64,000 nucleotides of DNA from Pseudomonadota bacterium (GTDB taxonomy: Bacteria > Myxococcota > JACRCW01 > JAFGSX01): contig JBDRCO010000003.1 of NCBI GenBank assembly GCA_043821645.1, forward strand, positions 1 to 64,000, read 5' to 3'. A program made the position numbers and the translations under genes. Positions 51,125 to 62,432 of this stretch are shown here, one piece after another (the first letter of the stretch is position 1; each line of letters starts with the position of its first letter). The notes under the pieces are model-generated. The model was not told the origin of the DNA. It did no database searches and saw only the letters and a list, made by a program, of their open reading frames with translations.

Positions 51125-52227
51125 GCCTGCGTCTCCTCATCGCCGGTGGTGGCACCGGTGGCCACGTGTTCCCGGCCCTGGCCGTGGCGGAGGCGCTGCG
51201 TGCCCGCAAGGACGGATCGCAGGTGCTTTTTGTCGGCACCGAGCGCGGCTTCGAAGCCAGGGCCGTGCCCGCGGCGGGTTTCGACATCGCCTTCATTCGC
51301 ATCTCGGGTCTCAAGCGCGTCGGATTGCTGGGCACCGTGCGCACGCTGCTCCGCTTGCCCCTGTCCCTGCTGTCGTCGTGGTCCATCCTGAGCCGATTCC
51401 AGCCGCAGGCCGTGCTCGGTGTGGGCGGCTACGCCTCGGGGCCGGTGCTACTGGCCGCCTGGCTGAAGCGCCTGCCCTCGGCGGTGGCCGAGCAGAACTC
51501 GGTGCCTGGATTCACCAACCGCGTCCTCGGCAAGCTGGTGCGCGCGGTGTTCGGATCCTTCGAGCACAGCGCACGCTACTTCGACGCCAGGCGCTTTCGT
51601 GTGGTGGGCAATCCGGTGCGTGCGGCCCTGGCGGAACAGGCCCGGGAGGAACGGCCCGCCGCGGCCACCGACACGGTGCGGGTGCTGGTGCTCGGCGGGA
51701 GCCAGGGCGCCCGGCCACTCAACGAGAAGCTGCCGCAGGGCTTTGCCCTGGCGATGCAGCGGGGCTTGAAGCTGGAGATCACCCACCAGGCTGGCGAGGC
51801 CGACGCCGAGCGGGCGCGCCAGGTCTATGCCGGACAGGGCGTGCCGGCGACGGTGCACAGCTTCATCGACGACATGGCGGCGGCCTATGGCGCCGCGGAT
51901 CTGGTGGTGGGACGCGCCGGCGCCACGACCTGCGCCGAGCTCACCGCCCTGGGGATTCCCTCGATCCTGATCCCCTTTCCGCAGGCTGCTGACGACCACC
52001 AGACCCTCAACGCCCGCGCCCTGGCGGACGCGGGAGCCGCCGTGGTGATCCCCCAGCACGAACTCGACGCGGAGAGTCTGAGCACGGCCCTGCATGCGCT
52101 GTGCGGCGACGGGGCAGGCCGCCTCGGGCAGATGCGCGAGGCGGCACGATCGCTCGGTCGCCCCGAGGCAGCACACCAACTGGTCGACGCGCTGTGCGCA
52201 CTGGCCCGAGGAGACAAGCCGTGGTGA
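51121..52227 (+). CDS. murG: GlcNAc transferase MurG
   Basis: [34 protein letters not shown] 51121 overlaps the ftsW stop. Confidence 0.96.
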   Translation: MSLRLLIAGGGTGGHVFPALAVAEALRARKDGSQVLFVGTERGFEARAVPAAGFDIAFIRISGLKRVGLLGTVRTLLRLPLSLLSSWSILSRFQPQAVLGVGGYASGPVLLAAWLKRLPSAVAEQNSVPGFTNRVLGKLVRAVFGSFEHSARYFDARRFRVVGNPVRAALAEQAREERPAAATDTVRVLVLGGSQGARPLNEKLPQGFALAMQRGLKLEITHQAGEADAERARQVYAGQGVPATVHSFIDDMAAAYGAADLVVGRAGATTCAELTALGIPSILIPFPQAADDHQTLNARALADAGAAVVIPQHELDAESLSTALHALCGDGAGRLGQMREAARSLGRPEAAHQLVDALCALARGDKPW

Positions 52228-53627
52228 CGCCGGTGTTCAGAGGCCGCGTGCGGCAGATCCACTTCGTGGGCATCGGTGGCATCGGCATGTCCGGCATCGC
52301 CGAGGTCCTGCTCAACCTCGGCTTCCAGGTCAGCGGCAGCGACCTGAGCCGCGGCGAGACCTGCGAGCGCCTGGCCCAGCTCGGTGCGACCATCTTCACA
52401 GGACACGACGCCGCCAACCTGGGCGAGGTCGACGTGGTGGTGACCTCGAGCGCGGTCCGGCCCACCAATCCCGAGGTGACCAGCGCGCACCAGCGTGGCA
52501 TTCCGGTCATTCCCCGTGCCGAAATGCTGGCCGAGCTGATGCGCCTGAAGCACGGTGTGGCCATTGCGGGCACGCATGGCAAGACCACCACCACCTCGCT
52601 GGTGGCGGCGATCCTGGGCCAGGCCGGCCTCGACCCCACCATCGTCATCGGTGGCAAGGTCAACGCCCTGGGCACCAATGCGCGGCTGGGGCAGGGCGAC
52701 TATCTGGTAGCCGAGGCGGATGAGTCCGACGGGAGCTTCTTGCACCTGTCCCCCACGGTCGCCGTCGTCACCAACATCGACCCCGAGCATCTGGATCACT
52801 GGACCGGCGGCTTGCCCGAGATCCTCGACGCCTTCACGGTCTTCGCCAACAAGGTGCCCTTCTTCGGGCTCGACGTGCTGTGCCTCGATCATCCGGGTGT
52901 GCAGGCCATCCTGCCACGCGTCACCCGTCGCCACGTCACCTACGGTCTGTCCCCCCAGGCCGACTATCGCGCCGAGAACATCCAGTTCGAGGGCCTCGGC
53001 ATGCGTTACACCGTGCTGCGGCGCGGTGAGGTGCTGGGGGAGATCCGGCTCAACATGGTCGGAGCGCACAACGTGCTCAACAGCCTCGCGGCCATCGCCG
53101 TGGCCGACGAGCTGGGCGCGCCCTTCGACGCCATGGCCCAGGGACTGGCGGGTTTCGGTGGTGTGGCCCGGCGCTTCTCCATCCTCGCCGATGACCGCGA
53201 CATCACCATCGTCGACGACTACGGTCACCATCCCGCCGAGATCCGGGCTGTCCTCGACGCTGCGCGCCGCGTGTACAGCGACCGGCACCTGCGCGTGCTG
53301 TTCCAGCCTCATCGCTACACCCGCACGCGCGACCTGATCGACGAGTTCGCCACCTGCTTCCACCTGGCCGAGAGCGTGGTGGTCACCGACATCTATGCAG
53401 CCAGCGAGGATGCGATCCCGGGCATCAGCGGCGAGAGCCTCGCCCGGGCCATTCGTGAGCGCGGCCATCGCGATGCCAGGTACTGCGCCTTCGACGCGCT
53501 GCTCGACGATACCGCGGCCCAGGTGCACGCCGGCGACGTGGTGTTCACCCTGGGTGCGGGCAACATCACCTCGATAGGTCCCAAGCTCGCGCGGCGGCTC
53601 AACCTGGCGGTGGCCCACCATGGCTAG
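52221..53627 (+). CDS. murC: UDP-MurNAc--L-Ala ligase
   Basis: [39 protein letters not shown]. Confidence 0.96.
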   Translation: MVTPVFRGRVRQIHFVGIGGIGMSGIAEVLLNLGFQVSGSDLSRGETCERLAQLGATIFTGHDAANLGEVDVVVTSSAVRPTNPEVTSAHQRGIPVIPRAEMLAELMRLKHGVAIAGTHGKTTTTSLVAAILGQAGLDPTIVIGGKVNALGTNARLGQGDYLVAEADESDGSFLHLSPTVAVVTNIDPEHLDHWTGGLPEILDAFTVFANKVPFFGLDVLCLDHPGVQAILPRVTRRHVTYGLSPQADYRAENIQFEGLGMRYTVLRRGEVLGEIRLNMVGAHNVLNSLAAIAVADELGAPFDAMAQGLAGFGGVARRFSILADDRDITIVDDYGHHPAEIRAVLDAARRVYSDRHLRVLFQPHRYTRTRDLIDEFATCFHLAESVVVTDIYAASEDAIPGISGESLARAIRERGHRDARYCAFDALLDDTAAQVHAGDVVFTLGAGNITSIGPKLARRLNLAVAHHG

Positions 53628-54450
53628 GACCCGAAGTTCGGCTCGAGTGGTCACGCGTGGGCGGCGGCTCGGCCGCGCCCGGGTGCGCCTGCTCGGCCTG
53701 CTCGTCCTGGCCTCGGGGGGCGTGGGCGCGGGTTATCTCGGGGTGCAGGTGCGGCATGCCTTGCAGCGTGGCGAGCTGCTCGCCATCGAGACCATCCAGG
53801 TGGAGGGTGCCAGGCTGGTCAAGCGATCCGAGTTGCTGGGCTACGCTGGCGTCGACGTTGGCACGGGTCTCTACGCCTTCGATCTGGACCGCGCCACCCG
53901 TGCGATCCAGGAACACCCCCTGGTTGCCAGCGCGCGCCTGGTGCGCCGCCCACCCCACGAACTTCGCCTGTTCGTCGTCGAGCAGAAACCCGTCGCATAC
54001 GTGGCTCTCGAGCACCTGTATGCGATGAACAGCAGCGGGCAGTTGTTTGCCCGTGCCGAGGTTCTGGGTGGCCTGGACCTGCCTGTGATCGTCGGTGTCG
54101 ACGCGGCGAGCATGGATCGTGACGAGGTTCCTGCCCCCCTTCGTACCGCACTGCAGGTGCTGGCGGCCTGGGATCGGTCGGGCCTCAAGCGCTCCGAGCT
54201 GGCGACCCTGCGGGCAGATCCCGCGCTGGGTGTGGACCTTCAGCTGATGGGGCCACTGCGCCACGTACACCTGGGCGTGCAGCGCTTCGAGACCAAGCTG
54301 GGCCAGCTGGTGCGCCTGCGAGCCGAGCTGGACCGGCGCGGAGTGCAGGCGAGCGAGGTGTTCATGACCGACGGTCCGGACCCCCGCCGCGTGGTGGTTC
54401 GCAGTGCTGCGGTGCCGGTGGCAACGGGGACCGTCGAGAAACCGACCTGA
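53620..54450 (+). CDS. ftsQ: Cell division protein FtsQ
   Basis: TM plus POTRA domain ([31 protein letters not shown]); located before ftsA. Confidence 0.88.
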   Translation: MARTRSSARVVTRGRRLGRARVRLLGLLVLASGGVGAGYLGVQVRHALQRGELLAIETIQVEGARLVKRSELLGYAGVDVGTGLYAFDLDRATRAIQEHPLVASARLVRRPPHELRLFVVEQKPVAYVALEHLYAMNSSGQLFARAEVLGGLDLPVIVGVDAASMDRDEVPAPLRTALQVLAAWDRSGLKRSELATLRADPALGVDLQLMGPLRHVHLGVQRFETKLGQLVRLRAELDRRGVQASEVFMTDGPDPRRVVVRSAAVPVATGTVEKPT

Positions 54451-54504
54451 AGAATGATCGTGACCTGGTGAGGACACGGCGCTGACAAGAAAGGCTGGTG
54501 TGAG

Positions 54505-55740
54505 ATGGCAAAAAAGGGCGGAGGGCTGGTGGTCGGGCTCGATATCGGCACGACCAAGATCTGCGCGATCGTCGGCGAGGTGGGGGATGACGGTGTCGAC
54601 ATCGTCGGTATCGGCACCTTCCCCTCCAAGGGCCTCAAGAAGGGCGTGGTCATCAACATCGAGTCCACGGTCAACTCCATCAAGAAGGCCATCGATGAGG
54701 CCGAGTTGATGGCCGGCTGCGAGATCTCCTCGGTGTACTGCGGCATTGCTGGCTCGCACATCCGTGGCTTCAACTCGCACGGCATCGTGGCCATCAAGGA
54801 CAAGGAAGTGCGCGATTCTGACATCTCGCGCGTCATCGACGCTGCCTGCGCCGTGGCCATCCCGCCGGACCGCGAGGTCATCCACATCCTGCCGCAGGAA
54901 TACATCATCGACGACCAGGACGGCATCCGCGAACCCCTGGGTATGTGCGGCGTGCGCCTCGAGGCCAAGGTGCACATCGTCACCGGCGCCGTGGCCAGCG
55001 CCCAGAACATCATCAAGTGCGCCCAGCGTTGCGGGCTCAATGTGTCCGACATCGTGCTCGAACAGCTCGCCTCGGCCGAGGCCGTGCTGGCCGAGGACGA
55101 GAAGGAACTCGGCGTCGCCCTCGTCGACATCGGCGGCGGCACCACCGACATCGCCATCTTCAGCAGCGGTAGCATCGTGCACACCGGTGTGCTGGCCATC
55201 GCCGGCAACCATCTGACCCACGACATCGCGGTGGGTCTGCGCACGCCGGCCGACGAGGCCGAGCGTCTGAAGCAGCGCTATGGCTGCGCCATGAGCAGCA
55301 TGGTCGACAAGGAAGAGACCATCGAGGTGCCCAGCATCGGCGCCCGGCCCTCGCGCATCATGGGTCGCCAGATCCTGTGCGAGATCATCGAGCCGCGGGT
55401 CGAGGAGATCTTCGAGCTGGTCAAGCGCGAGATCGAGAAGACCGGCTACGAGGACCTGCTGGCCTCGGGTGTGGTCATCACCGGTGGCTCGACCCTGCTG
55501 CCAGGCATCGTGGAGCTGGCCGAGGAGGTCATCGGCATGCCCGTGCGGCGAGGCATCCCCAAGGGCGTCGGCGGGCTGGTTGACGTCGTCAAGAGCCCCA
55601 TGTTCGCCACGGGTGTGGGCCTGGTGCAGTACGGCAGCAAGCACATGGACAGACGCTTCATCAAGGTCAGGCAGGACGATGAAGGCGTGTACACCAAGGT
55701 CATGTCGCGCATGAAGGATTGGCTGGGCGGAGCCAGCTGA
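54505..55740 (+). CDS. ftsA: Cell division protein FtsA
   Basis: [28 protein letters not shown]-terminal amphipathic helix. Confidence 0.97.
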   Translation: MAKKGGGLVVGLDIGTTKICAIVGEVGDDGVDIVGIGTFPSKGLKKGVVINIESTVNSIKKAIDEAELMAGCEISSVYCGIAGSHIRGFNSHGIVAIKDKEVRDSDISRVIDAACAVAIPPDREVIHILPQEYIIDDQDGIREPLGMCGVRLEAKVHIVTGAVASAQNIIKCAQRCGLNVSDIVLEQLASAEAVLAEDEKELGVALVDIGGGTTDIAIFSSGSIVHTGVLAIAGNHLTHDIAVGLRTPADEAERLKQRYGCAMSSMVDKEETIEVPSIGARPSRIMGRQILCEIIEPRVEEIFELVKREIEKTGYEDLLASGVVITGGSTLLPGIVELAEEVIGMPVRRGIPKGVGGLVDVVKSPMFATGVGLVQYGSKHMDRRFIKVRQDDEGVYTKVMSRMKDWLGGAS

Positions 55741-55846
55741 GCTCGTCAAGACAACCTCTGGGGTCGGCATCGCAATCCCGCCAGCCGACCTCGACGGGGA
55801 TTCCCTCGAGGACACCAATCTGGCGGGCAACGACGTGGAGGACACG

Positions 55847-57028
55847 ATGCTGGAATTCGAGACCAACGGAATGGACACGCAGGCCAAGATCAAGGTCATC
55901 GGTGTGGGTGGCGGCGGTGGCAATGCCATCGAGACCATGATCACCAACCGCATGGCAGGGGTGGAGTTCGTCGCTGCCAACACGGATATCCAGGCCCTGG
56001 CCAAGAACAAGGCCCACATCAAGTTGCAGATCGGCGCCGAGCTCACCGCCGGCCTGGGTGCGGGTGCCAACCCCGAGGTGGGCCGGCAGGCCGCCCTCGA
56101 GGACCGCGAGCAGATCGAGGAACTGCTGCACGGCAGCGACATGGTCTTCGTCACGGCGGGCATGGGTGGTGGAACGGGCACCGGCGCCGCCCCGGTCATC
56201 GCCGAGATCGCACGCCATCTGGGGGCCCTGACCGTCGGCGTGGTGACCAAGCCCTTCTTCTTCGAGGGCAACCGTCGTCGTCGCCAGGCCGAGGAGGGTA
56301 TCGCCTCGCTCAAGCAGGCCGTGGATACCCTGATCACGATCCCCAACCAGCGGCTGCTGTCGATCACCGACCCGCAGACCACCATGCTCGACGCCTTCAA
56401 GAAGGCCGACGAGGTGCTGCTCAACGCAGTCCGCGGCATCAGCGACCTGATCACGGTCGATGGCCACATCAACGTCGACTTCGCCGACGTCCGCACCATC
56501 ATGCGCGAGCAGGGCATGGCGCTCATGGGGACAGGTCGTGCGGCCGGCGAGAAGCGCGCCATCGAGGCGGCGCACCAGGCCGTGTCGAGTCCCCTGCTCG
56601 AGGACGTGACCATCGACGGTGCCACCGGCATCCTCATCAACATCACCGGTGGCAGCAACCTGACCCTGCACGAGGTCAATGCTGCGGCGACCCTGATCCA
56701 GGAGGCCGCGCACGAAGACGCCAACATCATCTTCGGCTCCGTGATCAGCGAGAACATGCGCGACGAGGTGGTCATCACCGTCATCGCCACCGGCTTTGAC
56801 CGCAGCCCCACCCGGCGTGCCCAGAAGCCCGAGAGCAGCACCATCCCGACCGCATTGCGCGTCGAGGACCCGCGCGACATCCCGACCTACCTGCGCCGCA
56901 AGTGGGAGAAGACCAATCCCCCCATGCGCGTCGAGGAGAAGGGCCCCCTGGCCGTGCTGCCCGCGGTCGAGGACGACGAGTACGACATTCCGGCCTTCCT
57001 GCGCCGCTCGGCACAGAACGAGGGCTAG
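55847..57028 (+). CDS. ftsZ: Cell division protein FtsZ
   Basis: [45 protein letters not shown] before ATG 55847. Confidence 0.98.
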   Translation: MLEFETNGMDTQAKIKVIGVGGGGGNAIETMITNRMAGVEFVAANTDIQALAKNKAHIKLQIGAELTAGLGAGANPEVGRQAALEDREQIEELLHGSDMVFVTAGMGGGTGTGAAPVIAEIARHLGALTVGVVTKPFFFEGNRRRRQAEEGIASLKQAVDTLITIPNQRLLSITDPQTTMLDAFKKADEVLLNAVRGISDLITVDGHINVDFADVRTIMREQGMALMGTGRAAGEKRAIEAAHQAVSSPLLEDVTIDGATGILINITGGSNLTLHEVNAAATLIQEAAHEDANIIFGSVISENMRDEVVITVIATGFDRSPTRRAQKPESSTIPTALRVEDPRDIPTYLRRKWEKTNPPMRVEEKGPLAVLPAVEDDEYDIPAFLRRSAQNEG

Positions 57029-57109
57029 TGCCCGGCGGGGTGAAGCGCTGCGGCACCTCCGGGGCCGGAGCGCGAGGGGCCAGCCCGACTGGCCCCTGGA
57101 AAGGATCGC

Positions 57110-57349
57110 ATGCCACAGGCACATGTGAGTGGACGCGGGCCCTCGCCAGAGTCCCAGGTCGAGACGGCGGAGGTCGAGAACCCGGTGGTCGCGTGGCTAC
57201 GCTCGGGCCGCCGCAAACGGCGCCTGGCTGCCGGGCTTCAGCTCGATCTGCCGCTCAGCGCGCAGCGCAGGGCGAGGGTGTCGAGTGACGGCGATGCGGA
57301 CGGTGTCGTCGAGGTCACCGCAAGCGGCGGCTGGCAGTTGCGCGGCTAG
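57110..57349 (+). CDS. Small hypothetical protein (79 aa)
   Basis: AAGGA SD-like sequence and plausible codon usage; QLDLP motif. No family recognised. Confidence 0.35.
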   Translation: MPQAHVSGRGPSPESQVETAEVENPVVAWLRSGRRKRRLAAGLQLDLPLSAQRRARVSSDGDADGVVEVTASGGWQLRG

Positions 57350-57581
57350 CGCGCCGGGAGCCCTGCGCGGCGAACACACAGGAGCGGACACCAGCCCCGA
57401 CCGCGCTCAGCGTCGAAGTCCTTGTCTCTCCCGTTGCTGCGCACAGGTGCATCCCGGGCGAAGGCCGGGCCCAGGCGGTGCCCTGGCGCTCCTGCCAAAA
57501 CGCTTTTGTACTGCGAAGGGATGTGTAGAATCCTGGCGACCTGTGCACTCTGATATTCACCCACCACGAATGGGAGACTTC

Positions 57582-58067
57582 ATGCGCCGAATGCTCGTCT
57601 CGTTGACTGCGCTGTGTCTCGTGGTCCTTTCCTCGGCCTGTGCGACGACGACCACCATCAAGACGGATCCTCCGGGCGGCGTGGTTTTCGACGAGAACGG
57701 AAACCAGCTGGGAGCGACTCCCTACGAGTACACCTCCAAGACCTGGAAGACCGACCAGGACAAGCTGGTCATCAAGAAGTCTGGATTCAAGGATCAGGTC
57801 CTGTTGCTCGAACGCAGTGACGTGGCCGTGGGCCCGCTGGTCGGTGCCATCGCGATGATCTGCTGCGGTGTGCCGTTTCTGTCGACGGTCGTCATCGGCG
57901 GCGGTCTGATCGCCGGGGGCATCGTCGTGATCCTCGCCGGAGGCTTCAACTACCCCGCAGAAACCGTGGTCGTCATGAAGCCTGCCGCGGATGCCAGCCC
58001 CGACCCGGCACCGCTGGTGCCGCCCGCGATCAAGGAAGATGAAGTGCCGCTCAGCCTGCTCTTCTGA
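57582..58067 (+). CDS. PEGA-like domain lipoprotein
   Basis: LVVLSSAC lipobox; IKTDPPGG..LGATP..KKSGF; C-terminal hydrophobic hairpin. Confidence 0.75.
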   Translation: MRRMLVSLTALCLVVLSSACATTTTIKTDPPGGVVFDENGNQLGATPYEYTSKTWKTDQDKLVIKKSGFKDQVLLLERSDVAVGPLVGAIAMICCGVPFLSTVVIGGGLIAGGIVVILAGGFNYPAETVVVMKPAADASPDPAPLVPPAIKEDEVPLSLLF

Positions 58068-58265
58068 TCACCAGCCGACCGAACGTCGTGGTCGCCTGTG
58101 GGTCCAGGTTCTCCAGCTGACCCGCCCCTGGAAAACCTTTCGCCCGCCCGCGGCTGCTTGCCCGGCGGACCGCGCCTTGCGCCTGATCCAGGGTGCGGGA
58201 CCTTGGCCGGATCGTATAAGACATCTCCTGGCGATTGTTCACGCACAAGACCCCAGGACGTCACC

Positions 58266-60890
58266 ATGAGACTGCTGCGGCCCGGCCCCTTGCATCGCGT
58301 GCCTGTGCTGGTCGCGCTGGCAGGCCTGGGGCGCTGCACATGTGGGGACGCCGTCGTCGTCGAGGACGCGGCCGTGACCGATGGCTCCGCCTTGCAGGAC
58401 GCCGCAGGGACGGATGCTGGCCTGCAGGCCGACACCGCCCGCTTCGACGTGGCGCGCCGACCAGATGCGACCTCGGGCGACAGTGCACTGCCAGACGCCG
58501 CTCTTCCCCCGCCCAGCCTCGTCGTGCAACTGGATTCCGAGCTGTCCGACCGCGTGCGCGCACGCCTGATCGACCTGCTGCAGCAGGCGTCGCCACGCCC
58601 TCTGCGGGTGGTCGACGACCCAGGACCGTTCACCGGACAGGGAGACTGCTGGATCATCGCCATGGGCGACGTATGGGCTGTGCGCCAGCTGCTGCCGGCC
58701 GCGGAGGTCGCAGCCCTGGGTAGCGAGGGATTCGTACTGCGGTCAGGGGACATCAACGGCTGCGCTGCCCTCGTGGGCGACGGCAATGCGCTGCAGCCCG
58801 ATCCCTTTGGCCATGCACCGCTGGGCCTTGTCTACGCGGCCTATGCAGCGCTCGAGCTGCTGGGCTACGGTTTCCTGCATCCCCTGGCTCCGGTGACGCC
58901 GGAGAGCTTTGACCTGGGTGCGGTCCTCATCGACCGTACCGAGGCACCGCACTGGCCTGTGCGTGGCTTGCAGATCCACACCATGCATCCCCTCGAGCTG
59001 ACGGATCTGCTGCAGGGCTTCGGGATCACCGGGCCCGACGACGCCCTGGGCTTCGAGGCCATGCTCCCCGAGTGGGAGAGGGTGGCCGAGTGGCTGGTGG
59101 CCAATCGCCAGAACCGGGTGCACTGGCCCCTGCTCGAGGCGACGCCCTGGCAGGACTTCTCTCGTGGGCCGATTCGCCAGCAGCGCCTGGCGACCTTGGT
59201 CGAGCTGGCCCAGGACTACGGTGTGGCGGTGGGTGCAGACGCGCCTGTGGCCCTGCAGCAGCAGCACACCTTCCGCCTGCTGCGCTCGAGCGGCAGCCTC
59301 GACGACGAGAAGGCCGAGATCCGCAGCAGCCTCGACTGGCTCATGGGCGCGGGCTTTGACTACCTGGCCACCGAGAATGGCTCGACCGAGTTCACCCACC
59401 CGGATCCGGATCGCATGCTGGCCTGGCTCGACGAGGTGGCGCGCTACCTCGATGAACAGTACGGCAAGCCCGCTGTGATCAAGGTGCACTGCTCGCAGGG
59501 TCAGGTGGCGGACGGCTATCTCGACCAGGATACCGGTGAGCCCCTCAACTTCAACTTCCTGCCGGCGTACGCGGATCCTCGCCTGGGCGTGGCACCGCAC
59601 AGCGTGCAGATCTACGGCCTCGACGACCCAGCGCCCACTTATGGCAACACCGACTTCGGTTACATGCGGACCTTCATGCAGCAGCAGGCCGGTCGCCGCA
59701 CCGTGCTGTGGCATCCGGAGACCGCCTACTGGGTCAGCTACGACGTGGACGTGCCGCTCTTCCTGCCGGTCTACGCGTATCGCCGTGTGCACGACCTGCG
59801 CCTCATTGCGGACGACGAGGCGCAGGGTCGCACCGGACGCGGCGAGCACGCGGGCGCCCACATCGACGGACAGCTCACCTTCAGCAGTGGCTGGGAGTGG
59901 GGGAACTGGCTCAACGACGTCGTCACGGCGCGGGCCGCCTGGGATCCGCACACCGCGGCTACCGACGATGCAACGGCCCTGCACGAGATCCTGGGCGAGG
60001 TGCTGGCACCCTTTGGTGAGGCGCGGGGCGATCTGGCCTCGGTGCTTGTCGACACGGCCACGACGCAGCACGCGCTCCTGGTGCTCGGGCGCGTGCAGGG
60101 CCAGGACCCGGTGGCCATCGAGCGACGCAGTGGCATGGCGTACCTGCAGGGTTTCGATGCCTGGGACGACGTCATGGACCTTGGACAAGGCCTGCCCCTG
60201 GTGGGTCACATCACGACCCAGCCCGACAAGCTGGGCCTGGTCGAGATGCGCAATCCGCTCCATGCACCGCCTTCCTACAGCAATGAGCTGAAGCCCCTGT
60301 TCGAGGAGATGCAGCGCACCCTGAGCGAACTTGCGGACCGCTATGTGCCTTTGATCCCGCTCGCCGCGGCCCCGAGCATCGAACTGATCGAGGACCTGGG
60401 CGATGCTTCGCGCATCACGGCGCTGCGGGCGACCCAGATCGAGAACTTGTACGCCTTCGTGGCCGACGACCCCAATCCCCTGCGCCAGGCCGAGGCCGCT
60501 GCCTCCCTCGAACGCGCACGCGCGGCCCTCGACGCTGCGCAGGCGCTGGTCGCGGCGCGGGAACCCCACTACAGGGTGCATGCCGACCGCGCGGCCGGCT
60601 GGTACCCCGGCCCAACCGCCTACGCCTACCGCTACCTGTGGACCGTGCGCACGCTTCTGTACTGGTGGCGTGATGAGCACAAGGCGGTGAATGCACCGAC
60701 CAACCCCTGCACCCTCAACATCGTCAACCCGGCGACCGTGGGCCTGGGCGAGGGCGTCTATGCCGATGCTGCGCGCCTGGCGCAGGATCTCGTCGACAGC
60801 GTGCCGCTGGTCGGCAGTCTGTCCGAGTGCCTCGCCGAGCCTGGCACGGAGCCTGTGATGCCTCCCGCTGGCTTGCGCGACACTCCCTGA
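58266..60890 (+). CDS. Large exported hypothetical protein, possibly glycoside-hydrolase-like
   Basis: Signal ending LGRCTCG, Asp-Ala linker, LGSEGFVLR..GLVYAAYAALELLG..HP module, RGLQIHTMHPLE, WHPETAYWV, SGWEWG. Confidence 0.65.
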   Translation: MRLLRPGPLHRVPVLVALAGLGRCTCGDAVVVEDAAVTDGSALQDAAGTDAGLQADTARFDVARRPDATSGDSALPDAALPPPSLVVQLDSELSDRVRARLIDLLQQASPRPLRVVDDPGPFTGQGDCWIIAMGDVWAVRQLLPAAEVAALGSEGFVLRSGDINGCAALVGDGNALQPDPFGHAPLGLVYAAYAALELLGYGFLHPLAPVTPESFDLGAVLIDRTEAPHWPVRGLQIHTMHPLELTDLLQGFGITGPDDALGFEAMLPEWERVAEWLVANRQNRVHWPLLEATPWQDFSRGPIRQQRLATLVELAQDYGVAVGADAPVALQQQHTFRLLRSSGSLDDEKAEIRSSLDWLMGAGFDYLATENGSTEFTHPDPDRMLAWLDEVARYLDEQYGKPAVIKVHCSQGQVADGYLDQDTGEPLNFNFLPAYADPRLGVAPHSVQIYGLDDPAPTYGNTDFGYMRTFMQQQAGRRTVLWHPETAYWVSYDVDVPLFLPVYAYRRVHDLRLIADDEAQGRTGRGEHAGAHIDGQLTFSSGWEWGNWLNDVVTARAAWDPHTAATDDATALHEILGEVLAPFGEARGDLASVLVDTATTQHALLVLGRVQGQDPVAIERRSGMAYLQGFDAWDDVMDLGQGLPLVGHITTQPDKLGLVEMRNPLHAPPSYSNELKPLFEEMQRTLSELADRYVPLIPLAAAPSIELIEDLGDASRITALRATQIENLYAFVADDPNPLRQAEAAASLERARAALDAAQALVAAREPHYRVHADRAAGWYPGPTAYAYRYLWTVRTLLYWWRDEHKAVNAPTNPCTLNIVNPATVGLGEGVYADAARLAQDLVDSVPLVGSLSECLAEPGTEPVMPPAGLRDTP

Positions 60891-60916
60891 GAAAAAATCC
60901 CGCGCGGCGCGCATTT

Positions 60917-61142
60917 GGGTGAAACGTGCTGGGTGAAACGTGCCTGGGCACATTTCCAAGGGCGCTGGAACGCGGAGACCGACCTGTCCACGCTGGACGA
61001 CGGCGGGGAGACCACAGCGGGTTCACCAGGGCAAGGTCCGGCTGGCCCCTGCCCGGGTGAAACGTGCCACCAACCTTCCCCTGCCGGGTGAAACGTGCCA
61101 CCAACCTTCCCCTGCGGTGAAACGTGCCACCAACCTTCCCTG
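60917..61142 (+). repeat. REP-like repeats upstream of the RAYT transposase
   Basis: GGGTGAAACGTGC at 60917 and 60931; three tandem ~30-nt units GGTGAAACGTGCCACCAACCTTCCC at 61055, 61086 and 61116. Confidence 0.88.
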
Positions 61143-61234
61143 ACTCTTTGGCGCTTTTTGCATCAGACTGTTTCAAATTGCGGCAGGTTTGCCCGGATGC
61201 GGCGAAAAATTACCTTATTATCCCATGATGCGGC

Positions 61235-61250
61235 TGGCCCATCGCTTGCT
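61235..61250 (+). promoter_or_regulatory. sigma54-type promoter of the transposase
   Basis: TGGCCCATCGCTTGCT (GG-N10-GC), 12 nt before ATG 61263. Confidence 0.5.
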
Positions 61251-61262
61251 TCATGCGTGCCC

Positions 61263-62177
61263 ATGGGCCGTGCAATCCGCATCATCGAGCCCCAGCGGCT
61301 TTATTTCGTGACCAACCGAACCCAGCAGGGTCGGCTCCTTCTCGCCCCCTCGCGCGAGGTGAACGATCTCATTGGTGGTGTCCTGGGCCGCGCACTATCG
61401 CTCTTTGAAGTCGAAATCTTCGCCTTTGTTTTCATGTCCAATCACTTTCACCTGATCGTTCGCGCAAACGAAGGGCAGCTCTCACCCTTCATGTCTCACC
61501 TGCAGGGAAACATCGCACGCGAGCTTGGGCGCCTCATTCACTGGAGAGGCGCATTCTGGGAGCGCCGCTACTCGGCCGAACCCATTCTTGACGACGAGTC
61601 CTATGAATCACGGCTGGCCTACCTGCTCTCGCATGGGGTGAAAGAGGGGCTTGTCGAGAAGGCCCGACAATGGCCAGGCCTCAGTTGCCTGCCCGAGCTC
61701 ACCGGCAGCTCTCCCAGGAGTTTTCCGTGGATACATCGAGCGGAGCTATGTCGTCGTCGCGAGAAGAAACCGGAGCTGTGCGAGCGTTCTTGCACGACGC
61801 TCTACCCTGTACCGCTATCCGTCGCCCCCGCATGGGCAAGGATGAGCCAGGACCTTCGTTGCGAACGAGTGAAGTCGCTGGTTCGCGACGGCGAGAAGAA
61901 GGCAAGCGAGCAACGCGCGGGTCGTGCTGTGCTCGGAGTGAAGCATCTGCGAAGGCAGCGCCCTCATCACCGGCCCCGGCAAGTAAAACGCTCCCGGCGC
62001 CCACTCTGCCATGCGGCGACACGCAGTGCTCGTCAGGAATACAGGCAACTCTACCTGCGTACAGTCGCCGTGTATCGTGACTGCTCCCATCGCTTTCGTT
62101 CAGGTGAGTTCGGTATCGAGTTCCCAAAGTACTGTTACAGGCCACCCTTGCATTACAGCAGCGAGAGACCGACTTGA
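61263..62177 (+). mobile_element. REP-associated tyrosine (Y1 HUH) transposase, RAYT-like
   Basis: YFVTNRT, FVFMSNHFHLIV (HUH), FWERRYS, AYLLSHGVKEGLV..WPG; flanked by repeats. Confidence 0.88.
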
Positions 62178-62364
62178 CCGACACCTTTCTTCTGCCAGGG
62201 TACACCGATAGTTCAGCTTGTCTTTCCTGACAATTTATTCCTGCAATCGCCGCGCGTCTGGGTCGATTGCCAACCTCCGCATCCCATAAAATGCAGCACA
62301 TATTTGTCCGTTGCGCAAACAAGGAGGGGAAGTGGCACTTCGTTGGAAAATGCATCAGCAGGAT

Positions 62365-62417
62365 GGGATAGGTGGCTGATGGAGTAAAGCGGCTGGGGTA
62401 GGTGGCTGGCACCTTTC
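62365..62417 (-). repeat. Inverted copy of the REP-like repeat downstream of the transposase
   Basis: Minus strand GAAAGGTGCCAGCCACCTACCCC (62417-62395) matches upstream GAAACGTGCCACCAACCTTCCCC at 19/23; partial copy at 62365-62379. Confidence 0.75.
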
Positions 62418-62432
62418 CTGGGGCTCTCGACG

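Noticed and set aside
53599-56880. 1093-aa antisense ORF
   Set aside because: Shadow of ftsQ-ftsA-ftsZ with a low-information Ser/Arg/Met-rich translation.
57075-57097. Hairpin after ftsZ as an intrinsic terminator
   Set aside because: A 9-bp stem is present but there is no U-tract, so it cannot be called with confidence.
61055-61142. ~30-nt direct repeats as a CRISPR array
   Set aside because: The units are contiguous with no unique spacers and no cas genes are nearby; they are better explained as RAYT-associated repeats.
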